Part shown: positions 10,676-23,947 of the stretch, piece by piece | Position numbering within the stretch: position 1 is the first letter of the stretch | Layout of the letters: every line of letters starts with the position of its first letter | Source of the DNA: Lama guanicoe | Taxonomy: Eukaryota | Direction: 5' to 3' | Assembly (NCBI GenBank): GCA_013239625.1 | Contig: MU053881.1 | Coordinates: 8,021,957 to 8,085,956 of the forward strand | Length of the DNA stretch: 64,000 nucleotides | Notes under the pieces: model-generated | What the model was told of the DNA's origin: nothing | Seen by the model: the letters and a program-made list of their open reading frames with translations, nothing else | The model's database searches: none | Made by a program: the position numbers and the translations under genes

Positions 10676-13600
10676 AGGTACACGTGTGTTTAGGGTCTAA
10701 TTCTCTGTGTGCAGTGAATGTTCCTGTTTCCACAGAGCACTTTTACTCTTCATAATGCAGCTCAAGCCAAAATGAACAGCACAATGAATATGAACGAGAA
10801 AATGACAGAGCTGTAATAGTGACAATAAGACACCCAGCACATTTGTCATTTGTTTGTGAAAAGTTTTCTCTTTGCAGGAAGGACTGGGCCTATTTTTAGT
10901 TCTAGAAACTTCTCTATCATCAGGTGGTGCTGATAAAAGACTTCATGAATGGGGATGTGTTTGGGGGGCGGTGGGAGGAGCTGCTTTATATACAACTAGG
11001 TCAAGTTAAACATGCGATCCCTAAATGCTGGAGTCATTGAGTCCAAGGCTGGGGCTGAGATGGGAGTGAGATGGGGAGGGCTAGGCTGGGGCGAGGGCAT
11101 GTAGTCCTTGTAGAAGGACCCCGGGCAAGCTGCAAAGGGGGTGGCGGACCCACAAGCCCCCGGGTGTCCAGCCCCTGACGACTCAGGGTCTGTGTGCTTC
11201 TAAGTCAGCCCGAAAACCCGTGGAAGATGCGGGGGCCAGGGAGTCCCTGCCATCACCCAGCCTCTCCCCTGGATGTCACTGTTGTGCTGTGTGAACAACA
11301 CTGGGGAGCACATAGGGGACCATGAAAAACCCTCCCTGGAAGTGGCTGCCCCTTGGGGCTGGGGGAGACCCAGTAAAGGAAGGACCAGGCCTGTCTGCTG
11401 GCATCTGTGCGGTGGGGGTGAGTGTCCCCCACGCTAGCAGCCGTGGTGCCACCAAGGCTCACTGTCCTGGGGCAGGACTGGCTCTTTAGCACTAAGAGGA
11501 GGCCAGGGCAGCTGAGAGAGCTGGGCCGCACCGAGCCCCATCCCTCTTCCTGGCTCTCAGGCCCTCGGGCAGAGGCTGCCAAGTCGGGGTGGGGGTGGGA
11601 CAGGGCCCTTCCGGGCCAGCGTGCGCAGTGCTTACACCCGAACTGCAGCATGACTCTCAACAGCCAGGGGGATTGGGGGCAACTGTCTCACATCTCGGAG
11701 CGTCTGTTTCATCCCCTACATCAGATGGGACTCCCTCACAGCTCTGTAAAAACAGGAGTAAAGTACATAAAACTTAATACATTATAATGCAACTATTATA
11801 ACCAGGAATCTAGCAAGCTTGCGCAAAGAACCTCCCAGGGCCTTAGCCTGGGAAGAAAATCGTGTCTCCAATGCAATCGTGAAAATAAGCACTCGCTGCA
11901 GAGATTAGAACAAATCAGACAGATTTGGCCCAGGCCTGACAGAGCCAATGCCCTCTTTTCTCTTTACTTGGTTTTGAGTTTCCTAAGGCGCTGGCTGCCT
12001 CTTTCCCGAGCCACATATGCGTGTGTTTGGATCCATGTGTTGGGAGGAAGCCTCCGAGTTTAGCCCTAAAGCAGTCAGCGGATTTCTTTTTTCCTATCTC
12101 AGTGTTGATAGATTTGGAATAACTGAAAGCAGACGTAGAATGTGTCAGAAGGAAAGCGTGTGGACCCGTCCCCAGGCAGAGGCTCCCGCACTGACGGGAG
12201 AGGAGAGACAGACCCGCGGAGGGAGGCCAGAATTCGTCAGCCTCTCCCTTGCCCTAATAGCGGGCGCCAGTCAGGAAGCCTTTGATCTCCGTTTGGCCTC
12301 CTTCCCTGGAATGAGATCGCACGTTGTAAATTATTAAAACAACTCCCCGGTACAGGTCAGTGTGGTGTGGCTGCGGGTCGTGGGAGCGCGGTTCCCCAGT
12401 CTCGCTCCGTTTACCTAAATTGCTGCTCTTACCGGCTTCCCGTTCCCTTTGCACAAGTGAAGTGTCAGTCGCTGCAGGTCTGCTGAGCCTGTGAGGGGTA
12501 CCACCTCGGGGCCTCTCCCCTGCTTCCCCCTCCCTGCCTCCCGTATCACAGGTCCCTCCCAGGGAGGGTTCTGGCTCTCGCCTCTGTTTTATCAGCGCCC
12601 TCTAGATGATTGGAAGTCCCGGCTCTTCCAAGTACCGAAATGTACTGATTAGACTGGGGCCATCACTTTCAGCCCAGGCTACGTTAAGGATACAAATGAG
12701 GGGCCCGTTTGATATTAAGGAGCCATCGAGTCCCCGTGCAAAAGAGCTTGGGGGACGCCAAGCCCGGACTTGCTAACGACTTCCACCCACATTTGTCTCA
12801 TCAAGGAGCAAACTGGGAAGTGGAAGGCACTCTTTTCGTGTGATTCTGCATTTGGATTTTCTGTTTTTAGGGAAGACTTTGGCATCTTAATGCCATGATC
12901 ACCGACTCAACTTGTCCTTCCTCTTTTAGAGTGTTTTGGGACCAGGGCCCCCAAAGAGGCTTTGTCTTTGTGTCTGAGGGCACCAGGGAGAAGAGAGGCG
13001 AGTGAGGCACGCTTCGGTGGGGGAAAGGTAAATTGGAAAATGAGGAACGAAGCAGTGCCCGAGCAGCTGCAAAATTGTTCAGAACCATTTTCTCAACTGG
13101 GTTAATTGTGCTTCCCCGTGGTGCAAAGACACCTACGCCTTTCGAAGCCTGCGTTTCTTTATTACAAAAAGCAGCCTATTAAGAGAGACAGATTGTCTAC
13201 CCAGAGCAGCTGACTCTCCACCACGCTTCCCATTCCCTGCATCCCAGTCCCCTCCTGCGAGCGCCCCTGCCCCCCAGGACAGAGCTCATCTGACTGTCTC
13301 CCCTCGGCCTTAGCTTTATCACTGGGAAGGGTTGTCAGTGATGGGAGGAGGGGGTGGGCAGACTCAAACCAGCTCCGCTGGAAGAGTAGGAATAATTACA
13401 AAATCTCAGGCCGTTATCCAATTACTTTGACATGTGGCCATTCTAGGGAGTTCTAACTGGATTAAGTTCATTATAAAAAGATTAGTCCTAGGACGGGGAC
13501 TGTGCGTAACAAAATGAACCTTCAGAATGTGCGCTGCTGGGCCACCAAGGACTTTGGGGGTAAAACTGAGTGAATGGCTTTGTTTATTGAATTACTGCTT

Positions 13601-13864
13601 AGGGATTTGCCGAGGAGTTTTGTTCGGATAGAGTTTTGTGTTTTAAAGCGACTGTCAGCAATTTCCTGTTTGTTTTCCTTTTTTCAACACCGTTCCTCAG
13701 CACCACTGCCATCATTGTCAGAGCACTATCCAAGATGTTTGTTGCTGATGTTCTGCGTGAGCATGCAGGTGAGATTATTGATCAGAGTGGATGTGAGACA
13801 CGCTGAGCTCATGTATTATTCATCAGCTGTGTGCATATGTGTGCATGCAGATTGTCCCCATATA

Positions 13865-14070
13865 ATACCTTGCATTTGCATAATGTTTTGTAGCCTTACA
13901 GAACACTTCCATGTTTCTCATTTGACCCACACAGCAGCGCTTTGGGGGTAAATATGCATTATTATAATGATTTTACAGATAATGAAACTGAGACTCAGGT
14001 TAATCCATGGTCACCCTGCTAGATGGTCCCGGAACTGAGGTTACCACCCACAGCTGCTGTTCCTAGCCTA
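13865..14070 (-). mobile_element. MIR SINE
   Basis: ttctcatttgacccacacagcagc...attttacagataatgaaactgagactcag...ggtcac. Confidence 0.8.
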
Positions 14071-15164
14071 GCATACTTACACGTATAAACTCAGTTTGTA
14101 TAAGTGTTTTAAACACAGAGTATGTGTTCAGCTCATGGTAGTTGAATATTTAGAGTAACCAAATTGACTGAAATCACTTTTCTTCCTCCATTTGCCATGA
14201 GAATTAGGTATCAGTTTTGAACAACTAACTTGGTGGGCAAATACTTTCTTCTCCTTCTTCCCAAACTCAGGGAAATTTTGCATGCAGGAAACATCATGGA
14301 ACTGTTCTTTGGGGTCACCCCAAACTCTTCTTCTGCTATATTCACTGGAGTCTGTCACCTTCCTAGAATAAATGCTCGAGTCCCTTCTAAGGGTCCTGAA
14401 ATTGGAGACATGGGTATTAGTGTCAGTGGAAAAATGTAAATTACCGGTCAATCCCTTAGGATTTCACTTAACGACTTGTTTTTTTGGGGCTCCAAATGCC
14501 TATGGGTGAACTGGTAAGAATTAAAACTCTTAAGTAGGTAGATCTGAGGTCCTGATGTCTTTTAGGGGCAGTAGCGCCTCCACTTCCTCCTCCTAAGCCC
14601 CTTGCAGACATTGCTAATGGATCATCGCACACTTCTCTATTTAGCCTGGGCTTGGACTTCCAACACGCCTCACCTCCAGGCAGCCACCATCGAGAGTCGA
14701 GAATTGGCTAGCAGCAGGCATCTCTTTACCCTTCTGATCCCAGACTCTGGTGACCCCACAAAACTCCAGAGACTTTGAGAGGCAAAAACCAGACCAGGAG
14801 GTCAGTCCCCTCATGTCTGATAATATCTCTATGGCCTCATTTGGTGATCAGCAGTTCGAAACACCCACAGAAGGTCAAGGAGAATGTGGAGCAATCAAAA
14901 CAGCTTTAGTTTTAGGAAGTGAATATATTCAGAGTACAGTTGTAGTAAAGATTAGGGCAGAAGCCAACTTGCCAGAAAAGAAAGGTTTGTGCATAGACTG
15001 AAATCTAGATTCCTGCAGACCAAAGATTCTATATACCCCTGTTTCCCCAAAAAGAAATAAACAGATACAACATGCTATACAAATGTTTACTCTCTAGAGC
15101 ACATCTAGCTTTTAGACCAATATTAAAAAGCAAACAAGTAAACAAAACAAATATAGACTCTTAA

Positions 15165-15560
15165 AGTGTAGCCAGGATTCTCATTTGCAAGTAATGGAAC
15201 CCAAAATCAAAATGGCTTGAAAAAAAAGTGGGGGGAAGAAAGAAAAGGAAACGTATTGGATCATAAAACCAAGAATTCAAGGGCTTCAGGCAAGGCTGGA
15301 TCTAGTAGTTCAATAATGTCACTGGGACTGTTTCTATATGGTAGTTCCCATGTTTACACACTTATCATTTCAACATGGAGTTTGGCAGGGAAATAAAAGA
15401 GCTTTTTCCCCCAAGTAGTTCCTGTAAAAGTTCTAGAACTTATTGTAATTGGGTCTGGCTTGGTCATGTGCCCATCTCTGAACCAGTCACTGTTGCTGGG
15501 GGATGCACTATTCAGATGGGCCAGCCTGGGTCATGTGACCTCCCTGGAGACTAGCCCTGC
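15165..15560 (-). mobile_element. MaLR LTR (MLT1J/K-like)
   Basis: tttgcaagtaatggaacccaaaatcaaaatggcttg...ggcttcaggcaaggctggatc...ggtcatgtgcccatctctgaaccagtcactgt...ggccagcctgggtcatgtg are typical reverse MLT1 motifs. Confidence 0.7.
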
Positions 15561-15639
15561 CCCCTCCCAGCTCCACACACCAACAACTTACGCTAGAAAT
15601 GATGCAGATATGGAAAATTGGAGGGAAAATTGACTGCCT

Positions 15640-15860
15640 CTCAAGTGACTGCTTGCTCTGTACCAGGCCCAGTGCTAGATGTTAAAAGAAGACTTTATAA
15701 ATAGATCTAAAGCTTAACAATTTGCAGATTCTTTTTGTATAAATAATCCTATTAGATCCTGACAAACACTGCAAGATAGATATTTTTATTCTTACAGTTG
15801 TGCAGATGAGGAAAGTTATGTTCAGAAGGACTCTGTAACTTGACCTTCAGTTTATCCATC
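15640..15860 (-). mobile_element. MIR SINE fragment
   Basis: tgtaccaggcccagtgctag...gcagatgaggaaagttatg...taacttgacc. Confidence 0.6.
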
Positions 15861-16079
15861 TCCAAATTCTGTGCATTTTCTGTGATTCCTGTGTCTGGAT
15901 CGGTGAGAATGTTAACATGGAAAACTGAACTTCTTCCCTCATTTACCTGAAAGAGGCAAGTCGGAGACTGGATTTCCCTTTCTCCACTTGGAAACAAACC
16001 TTGAACCCCAGGTTTATGCTAAAGAAAACTGTGTCCCCTACGGGGCATCGGTACTTAGGTACAATGTAGAAGGAATAGG

Positions 16080-16285
16080 TGCTCTAGTTTACTGAGCACT
16101 TACTATGTGCCAGGAACTACGTAAGCACTTTACAAAGAATTTCCCATTTCATGCCAGAATCAACTCCCGGGAAAAGCACTTCTTATTCCTGTTAGACAGC
16201 TGAGAAAAGCAAGCCTCAGAAAGATGAAATGCCCTAACGTGGGTAGCATGTGGAGCCAGAGTTTGAACCCAGCTCTGACTTGACT
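16080..16285 (-). mobile_element. MIR SINE
   Basis: tttactgagcacttactatgtgccaggaact...taagcactttaca...gagccagagtttgaacccagctctgact. Confidence 0.85.
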
Positions 16286-17599
16286 GTGCTGTGTGCTTCC
16301 TGCCGGGAGGTGAATGAGCCTCATGCCTTTGATTTCGGTCACTGACTGATTAGAATTCATTAGAAAACTGGATGGAGATAGGAGATGAGAAAAAACATCC
16401 ATCCCCACCTTTGTGGGAGCCCAGAAAAAAGTGGAAGAAAATTAGACTGTATACAAATTCCTGGTGATTCAAAAGGCCTCAAACCAAAATCATGAAAAAC
16501 AAATAGGCAGGCGAGCTGCAGGCTGAAACGAGAATATCAGCTTTCAGAGATTTCCAAAAGTTAAAACCGGCTAGGTTTCAACTGTCCAAGCCCTGTGGGC
16601 TAGTTTGCTCTCATAGAAGAGTCTTGTGTTTCACTTGCTCCTGTAACTCACTCCGGAATGACAGCAGTCCTCAGGGCATCCTGAGTGTTTCCATGTGGAG
16701 GCACCGGCCGCCCAGCCAGAACTTCGCTGAAACACAGTGCACACGTTACTGTGCCCAACCCATCCTTTGCCAGGTCTGCTTTGCTGCGAACCCGCATTTT
16801 CATATCGTTTATACTTTTCAAGGTACACCTCTCATGACAACACTGGCAGCTTTCAATTTATGAGGCTTATTAGCAAATAAAACTGTCCTGAAAAGCCCAG
16901 ATTTGATATCTGGAAGATTCATTTCAGGATTGATTTAATGCAGCCTGCCTCGTCGTTTATTTCCCATCTCCAGGTTGGGACTAAATCACCCTCATACTGT
17001 TGATACCCTTAATATGATGGTTGGTGTTTGCAAAATAGGCCAGGCTGTAAAAGAACCTGGAGACTCTAGTTGCTCCCATTTCTTTTTTTTTAAACAGAGA
17101 TGATAAAAATACTTTATAACTTTATGTGTCTAGGAGATTCTGGGATTTTTCTTTTCTTTTTTTTCCCCTCCTTTTGTATCAGTGATGTCGTTTGAATATA
17201 AATAGCGGTAAATACATTCAAGGATGGGGTTCTTCTTAACCGTTGATTTGCAGCAGTGGGAAATCACCCACTTTCTCTGGAGTCACCACTCTGCGTGGAG
17301 GACTGGTGACAGCTGGCATTCAATATGACAGACCTATAGAAGTACCATCCAGAAGCACTCCATCATTCAAGTCCTGGTTCTTAAGCCTTGGGCAGCCGTC
17401 ACACTTTTTCAAGATGAAGACTTGAACGGAACAAATCTGTGATTACCAAACCAGCCACTGGCGCCCTCCGAGGGCTGTTACCCTCTGTTAGCATTTATCA
17501 CCCACATCCCATTTGACACTTGTCCTTTATTGCCTGACAGTCTAACTTAGCTTTTATCTTATCCTCCCCCACGTATTACACCTGCTGAGAACACAGACC

Positions 17600-17815
17600 C
17601 CAGGGTTCGTCCAGTCCAGTTTAAATCCCATCTCTGCCATTTGCTTCTTGGGTAACCATGGTTATTTAACTTCACCCCTAATCTCGAGTTTACTCATTTG
17701 TAAAATAGGAATAAAAATAGGATATATGGTTAAATTAAGTACCATATGAAGCAGCTCTAAGAGAGTGCCAAGCACAAGGTAAGAGTTTAATAAATTACAG
17801 CTATTATTATGATGA
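17600..17815 (+). mobile_element. MIR SINE
   Basis: tttaaatcccatctctgccatttgct...ttatttaacttc...tttactcatttgtaaaataggaataa...agtgccaagcacaagg. Confidence 0.8.
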
Positions 17816-17909
17816 TTAGCATAGGGATAATAGTACGAACAACATAAAACGCGGTCTTGAACGTAACTTTCGGTTTTGCACACCAAAGTGCCTTGCATAA
17901 AGGTAGATA

Positions 17910-18334
17910 GGGGCGTACCCCCATTTTATTGCACTTCTCAGATACTGCTTTTTTTTTTTTTTAACCAATTGAAGGTCTATGGTCACCTTGCACTGAGCAA
18001 GTCTATCAGCACCATTTATCCAACAGCATTTACTCCCTCTGTGTGCCTGTCACATTTTGGTAATTCTCGCAATGTTTCAAACCCTCCACTAGCAAAAAGA
18101 TTATGACACACTGAGGGCTCAGATGATCATTAGCATTTTTTCGTAGTGAAGTACTTTTAATTAAGGTATGTACATTGTTTTCTTTAGACATAATGCTATT
18201 GCACACTTAATAGACTGCAGTATGGTATAAATATAACTTTTATGTGCCCTGGGAAACCCCAAAATTTGTGTGACTTGCTTTATTGCAATATTCCCTTTAT
18301 TGGGACTAAACCCGCAGTCTCGGAGGCATGCCTG
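17910..18334 (+). mobile_element. Non-autonomous Tigger1 derivative (Tigger1a_Art-like, TcMar-Tigger)
   Basis: The Tigger1 left arm (ttttattgcacttctcagatactgc...gagcaagtctatcagcacc...cacattttggtaattctcgcaa) joins directly to the right arm (agcaaaaagattatgac...ggctcagatgat...ttagacataatgctattgcacacttaatagact...cggaggcatgcctg). TA lies at 17908-17909 and at 18335-18336. Confidence 0.9.
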
Positions 18335-19868
18335 TAACATGCACCGGTGAGAACTCTTGATTATAGAACATTTATTTTTAAAGGTCAATTTCACTGCTTT
18401 TTAAAATTACGTGTGTCCTAAAGCAAAATAGTGACCAATCGAGATGGTTAAGGCAGCTTGCTTTGCAGAAGAGTGCTTAAAGCTGTTCGATGTGCTTTGA
18501 GTGCTTGGTTTTTCTGCGACCAAGTCTCCTTTGTGTCTGCAATAGTAAATCGTTCAGCCAAGACTTCCTTCATAGACTATACTTAGATCATCTTAAGCCC
18601 TTCTGAATTCGCAAAAACTCCAAATTTCTGAATCCACAAGTTTCCCTGTATTCCTGGGGTGCTCACCAGACAGCAGTTCTGGCCAGAATTCCTAAGCCAG
18701 GTGCACATTCGTGCTCTTCCCAGTTACCTATTTCAACATAGCAGTTCAGGGGCCAGGTGATGCTGGCATCCCATGCGGAGAGGCGCCCAAGCGCAGCAGG
18801 GACCCCTGAAGACCCCGCTCATCCATCCCAGCCCTCACCTGCAGCTGGCCTAGGTTTGTGGCCCAGGCAGGAGATTCTACCCAACCTGCTGCCGATTTGT
18901 CTGCCTCGGATTCTCCTTCACTCCCTGTCCCTTGCCTGCCTCCCCCCAGGTGCCCCATTCTCGTGTGTCTACGGGGTTTTATACACCCGGCGAGGACATT
19001 TTTTCATGTCTTGCAGTGGATTTTGAACAAGTATCTCTGTCTCCCACATTGGGGTAGATTCGTTTCTGCTCCAATTATTATATGGAGAAAGCGATAAAGC
19101 AGAATAAAGAGAGAAGATTAAAAATCATATCATAGTGTCTAAATGCCCTGAAAAGGCATTCTTATAAATTACAGCACTCAGATACAGAACTTCCTTCCAG
19201 AACACAACAGCATCACCATTAGCAGCAGCACGATCAAGCCCCCAGGCATTTGTCACTTACTAGGTACCAGGCGATGTGCTAAGCACTTCATATGCATTTC
19301 TCACCATTTCCTGTTAATGCCCCCTTTCCCTCACACACTGATGTCTGGTATTAGAATCCAACATCCTCTGTTAAAGTTAGGTGCTAAAATCCATCCATGC
19401 TGACAGTCAAATGCCGACAAAAAATTGTAGTTGCTTTTTTTTTTTTTCGCCCAGTGTTTAGCCAGAATACACCTCATGGACCCTCCTGGTAGACAGACCA
19501 CCATAAATTGTATGAATTAGAAATTGGCCCCGCCTCCACGTAGTTGACTCCAACGTATCAGAAAATTGTCGTGATATGTTAGTTTGTTAGGATAAGGGCT
19601 TTATTGTCACACCCTAAGGAGGAAAATGCAATAAACATACAGCCCCACATGTCTGTGCTGTGACTGGACCCCCCACCCCAGGATTATGTCCATGTTGTAT
19701 ACGTGCGCTCCGGGAGTCAGAACTTCCATCCGACGTATTTCTGATCAGGAGATTGAGTGTGACTCTGGTGGTTTGCTTTGGGAAAAAATATTAGTGATTC
19801 TAACTGCTATCATTTATTAGAGTGTTTTACATACTTGCCACTGTGCTGGACACCAAAGTTTAATCATT

Positions 19869-19925
19869 AAAAAAAAAAAAAAAAAAANNNNNNNNNNNNN
19901 NNNNAAAAAAAAAAAAAAAAAAAAA
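19869..19925. repeat. Poly-A tract spanning a 17-N assembly gap, inside a reverse MIR remnant (~19800-20060)
   Basis: A-run, N at 19888-19904, A-run. Flanks are catttattagagtg... and ...gacttgcccaaggtcacagagctggt. Confidence 0.85.
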
Positions 19926-20079
19926 GGTAGCTGTTTAAAAAAAGGAAACAGAAAAGGGAAGGAGGTGTGTCAGAAAAGGAAACGGAGGTGCGTGGAGGGC
20001 TGCTTGACTTGCCCAAGGTCACAGAGCTGGTGGGTACCCAGTCTGCGATCCTCTCCCATGTCTGTGATCTTCCTCCCCA

Positions 20080-20935
20080 GTCCCAGTCACCTCGAGTGTC
20101 TCAGGCTCAGAGAACGCCAGCACCTCCCATCCAGCTGCATGAGGCTGATGGCATCCTGCATACCACCTCCCCCTGCCCCCGACCCTGTATCTCATCACTC
20201 TGGTTGATTATATTGCTAAAACACACCATCGATCCATGGTCATCTGCTGCCACCACCCAAGGCCAGGCTGCCACTTCCTTTCACCTGGACTGCTACCTCC
20301 TAAGGGATGTCTCCTCGTGCACTCTTGTCCCTGTCCCACTCATTTGGAACTGATGTCCCTTTTCCAAAATGCACATCTGATCCCCTCACTCTCCAGCCTA
20401 AAAACCCGGTATCGGTTTCCCCTGTTCTCTTAGGGCAGAAGTGCAGGTCCTCCCACGTGCTCTACAAGGCCTGTTGGGTTTCATCCCAGCGTCATCACCA
20501 CACTCACGCCCCTGGTCTCTGCGCTCCAGACACACTGGCCTCCTCCCTGTCCCTCCAGCCTGCTGGACTCCTTCCCACCCCTCAGCCCCATTAGTAGCTT
20601 CTCCCCTGCTTCCCTGACTCCACCTGGGTGGGTCCCACTCATTCTTCCAATCCCAGCTCAGGTGTCCCTTCCTTCAGGAAGCCTTCTGTGATTGTGCCCT
20701 TGCTCCCATATACATCTCTGTGTACAATAAATTCACTTCCGTAGCACCAAGTCCAGTAACAATTAAAGAGCTACTTGTGTAGTCGTTTCATCTCCAGGTG
20801 CCTCCACCAAGCTGGAAACGCCAGGAGAGCAGGATTACATTGAGATCTTCACCGCTGTAGCCCCGTTCCTAGCATGGGACAAACATGCAATAGGTGCTCA
20901 ATAAATGTATGTTGATTGACTAAATGACCGAATGA
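20080..20935 (+). mobile_element. L2 LINE 3' region
   Basis: tcacctggactgctac...aaaatgcacatctgatc...ctccagacacactggcctcc...cagctcaggtgtcccttccttcaggaagccttc...taggtgctcaataaatgtatgttgattgactaaatga (L2 terminus). Confidence 0.85.
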
Positions 20936-21884
20936 TTTCAAAGCCCCCTCCCTTTACTGAACACCACCCTGCCTCCACTGAGAATCAGTTGTCAGCATGT
21001 CACCTAGTCTGGGAACAGGGCCTTATAGGAAGTTATGGGTCATGGAAAGCTGTGTGTCGGTTATTCCAGCATCTAAGCCGCTCATTAAGTTAATTTCATG
21101 CCTTCTGGGGGATATTCGTTCTCCGGGGTGGACACCGTAACTTGGGTGGTCTTTGCAATGACTTCTCGCTTTGAGTGGGAAGGCGGTGGTCCAGGAAGGG
21201 CATGTGAGTGAGCTGGCCCCATCTTTGGTCTTGGCCTAATGGATGTTGACTTGCTATCCACCAGTAATGGGATCCAAGTACCTTCATGCCAGGGGGCAGC
21301 CTTCATTACAATCTCCTTGTTCCAACTGACTAATTTCACATCCACGCAGACCTTCCCAGGCTAAGCATCCCTAATTGTGTAGAGGAAACTAATTGTAACT
21401 TTGGGATCCCAGAGGTTTTATTTGTTAGGCCAGGTTCATTGCATTGTTTGAAATTTGCTCTCAGTCTGATGCAGCGTTTTTGCTTTTTGTTTTTTTGTTT
21501 TTTAGGGGGGGTTACCAGAGAAATATAAACAGATTAGCTTCTTTCATGTTTGCCATCTTGGAAAGAGTATCCTTTAAACAAAAATCAGACACGAACACAA
21601 AGGATGCTTCTCAGAGAAACCACACCACAGGGCCTGTGAGCACTGTAACGGGATTTCTCTGAATTTCTCCAGGGCCCTAGGAGGTCAGAAGAGAATGTCA
21701 TGGTTTGTGCTGAAGCTCTCTTACCTTACCACTCCTCATAACCCTCTATCCCTGTGTATTTATGAAAACACCGTGAACGCTGAAACACACTCAGGCCTCC
21801 CCTTTGGCCAGGAGTTTGAGGCCTGGGTAGACCCACCAGGCTTTTCCATTTAGAAAGATCGTTTCATCAGTACAGCACTGGGAC

Positions 21885-22380
21885 AAAAGAATGGTCAGTC
21901 AGCAAGTATTTCTTCAGGTGCTGTGGGAGAATTAAAACAAGGAGGGAACAAACACACCAGAACAACAGAGTGGAGGCTGCACCCCTGACACTGAGGAAGG
22001 GCCTGTGTGTGTTGGTGGAGATGAGAGGGTCCCAGCAGATCATCCAACACAGGCTGATGAAGTCAGGGAAGGCTTCCTGGAGGGGGTGCAGCCAGAGAGG
22101 CCCTGAAGGCACAGCGCATTTAAGCCATTTCAGGACCCGGAGGGAGATGACTTGCATCTGAATGCTGGCTTCACTGTATTTTAACAGGCCACCTCGAACA
22201 AGTTCGCTACCCTTTCTGAGTCTCAACTTCTCAGCTGCAAAATTAGGGCAAGATTTATCCTGACAAGGTTATTATTCTTTTTTGTGGTTTGGTATTTAAG
22301 GATATGGGAGATAGTGTATAAAATGTATTTGGCATTGTGCATGGTCCACAATAAGGGCTTAAGCATCATTAGCCACTGTT
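21885..22380. mobile_element. L2 fragment (- strand, ~21885-22100) followed by MIR (+ strand, ~22170-22380)
   Basis: agtcagggaaggcttcctggagg (L2 reverse); tttctgagtctcaacttctcagctgcaaaattaggg (MIR core). Confidence 0.55.
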
Positions 22381-23790
22381 GACTGTTGTCTTAGTTCCCC
22401 ACCTTTGCACGAGGCTTTCTGCCCTCCTGAAGCGCTCTCGCCCGGTCTCAGAGGCTGTCTTTGCTCTTCTCTCAGGGCTGAACTTGAATGTCGGTGCTAG
22501 CAGAGCGCCTCCCCCTCGTCCTGGGTTCTCCCGTAGGCTCCTGCTTCCCCATTACTAGAGGTACAGCCAGCCTGACGTCTCCTGAAGGCAGTGTCACGCC
22601 CGCCTCTGTTTCTCCCCACAGTAAGTCGGATAATTATTAGTTGAATGAATAAGTGCATAAATGAGCTATTTCTCTCCTGGAGTCTCACTCTGTGCGGGGA
22701 AAATGTGGATCGGGAGTAGGTCATTTAAAGGTGGGCGTTTTAAGCAGAATCCCAGCCAGCAGGAAGGGGAAGCAGGCTTGGGTGGCTCAGAACCATCCCC
22801 GCTCTCCAGCCTCTTCCCTGGAGCAAGAGCTTCCAATAGGTTAATTATTCCTCCGGGGAGCCCTTGCAGGTGATGATTGCTGTGCCATCTGCCAGGAGCC
22901 TTGCCCATGTTGGCAAATGGATCTCTTTGGAGGATAAGAGAGCTGAAGTCCCGGTGGGCTTCTGGGAGGCACGTCGAGTCCCCGCCTGGATTCCTCAGAA
23001 CTCCAGAGGGAGCCGCTGCTGCCTGGGAGTCACACCGGGAGGGGATGGAGCGAGCAGCAGGGCTCAGCACCATGCTCAGTAAGCATCAGCTGAATAATAA
23101 ATGAAGGACGAATTCCTCCTCGCCTCTCTCCCCACGGCACATGCCACTCAGCCCACTGCGACCCAGTTCATCCTCTGGAAAGGGTGACTCTCCATCATGT
23201 GACTCTTCTGCCGAAAGATCTTCCTTCCCTCCCGTTGCTCATTCACTACAACCCAACTCTCCGGGTGGGCCTTTGCCGACCTCCAGGGTCTGGCCCCAGA
23301 TGACCCTTGTCATTTGCTCTCTGACACTTTACCCACACCGATGGTTTGGAGCCAGAGACCCTGGACCCAGAACTCACTAATGATGCTCTCCAGAGGACAG
23401 GACACAGCTCTTCAAAGCCTCAATTTCCTCATCCCTCAAAAGGCAATCACAATCTTTGCCTCCTCCGGTAATTGCAAGAATTAGCAGAGATGCGGGTCAG
23501 AGGCACTTAGCCGACTGGAAAGCCCTTTCTAATGTGCTGGTGATTGTTAAATACCCGCCACTTCAGCCCAACTGCTCTGTCTGACACCCCTGGGCAGTCT
23601 TTGCCGATAGCGCTTTCTCTCCTCTCCGTGAGGCTCTCCTGAGCCACTGGCAGTGAACGTGGTCAACTCAGTCAGCTGGCCGTTCTGCTTTGCCCGGTGT
23701 GCTTGCTGGTGGCATTCACGTGGAAAGCCCCGTTGTATTGCCAGCTTCCGAAGACAAGGCTCGGATTGCGTCTTAGAATGACAGCCGCTA

Positions 23791-23874
23791 TTTTTTCCTT
23801 AAATGGAGGTACTGGGGACTGAACCCAGGACCTTGTGCATGCACTGTTCCTCTGCACGGTCTCCCTCCCCACCT
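23791..23874 (-). mobile_element. Camelid vic-1-type tRNA-Ala-derived SINE, diverged
   Basis: ttaaatggaggtactggggactgaacccaggaccttgtgcatgc...ccctcccc. TSD atgacagccgctatt (23778-23792) / atgacaggggctatt (23875-23889). Confidence 0.8.
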
Positions 23875-23947
23875 ATGACAGGGGCTATTGATTGAGCTCT
23901 CGCTGTGGACCAGACTCCCACGTAAGGCTATGCATTTTGCACCGCGT

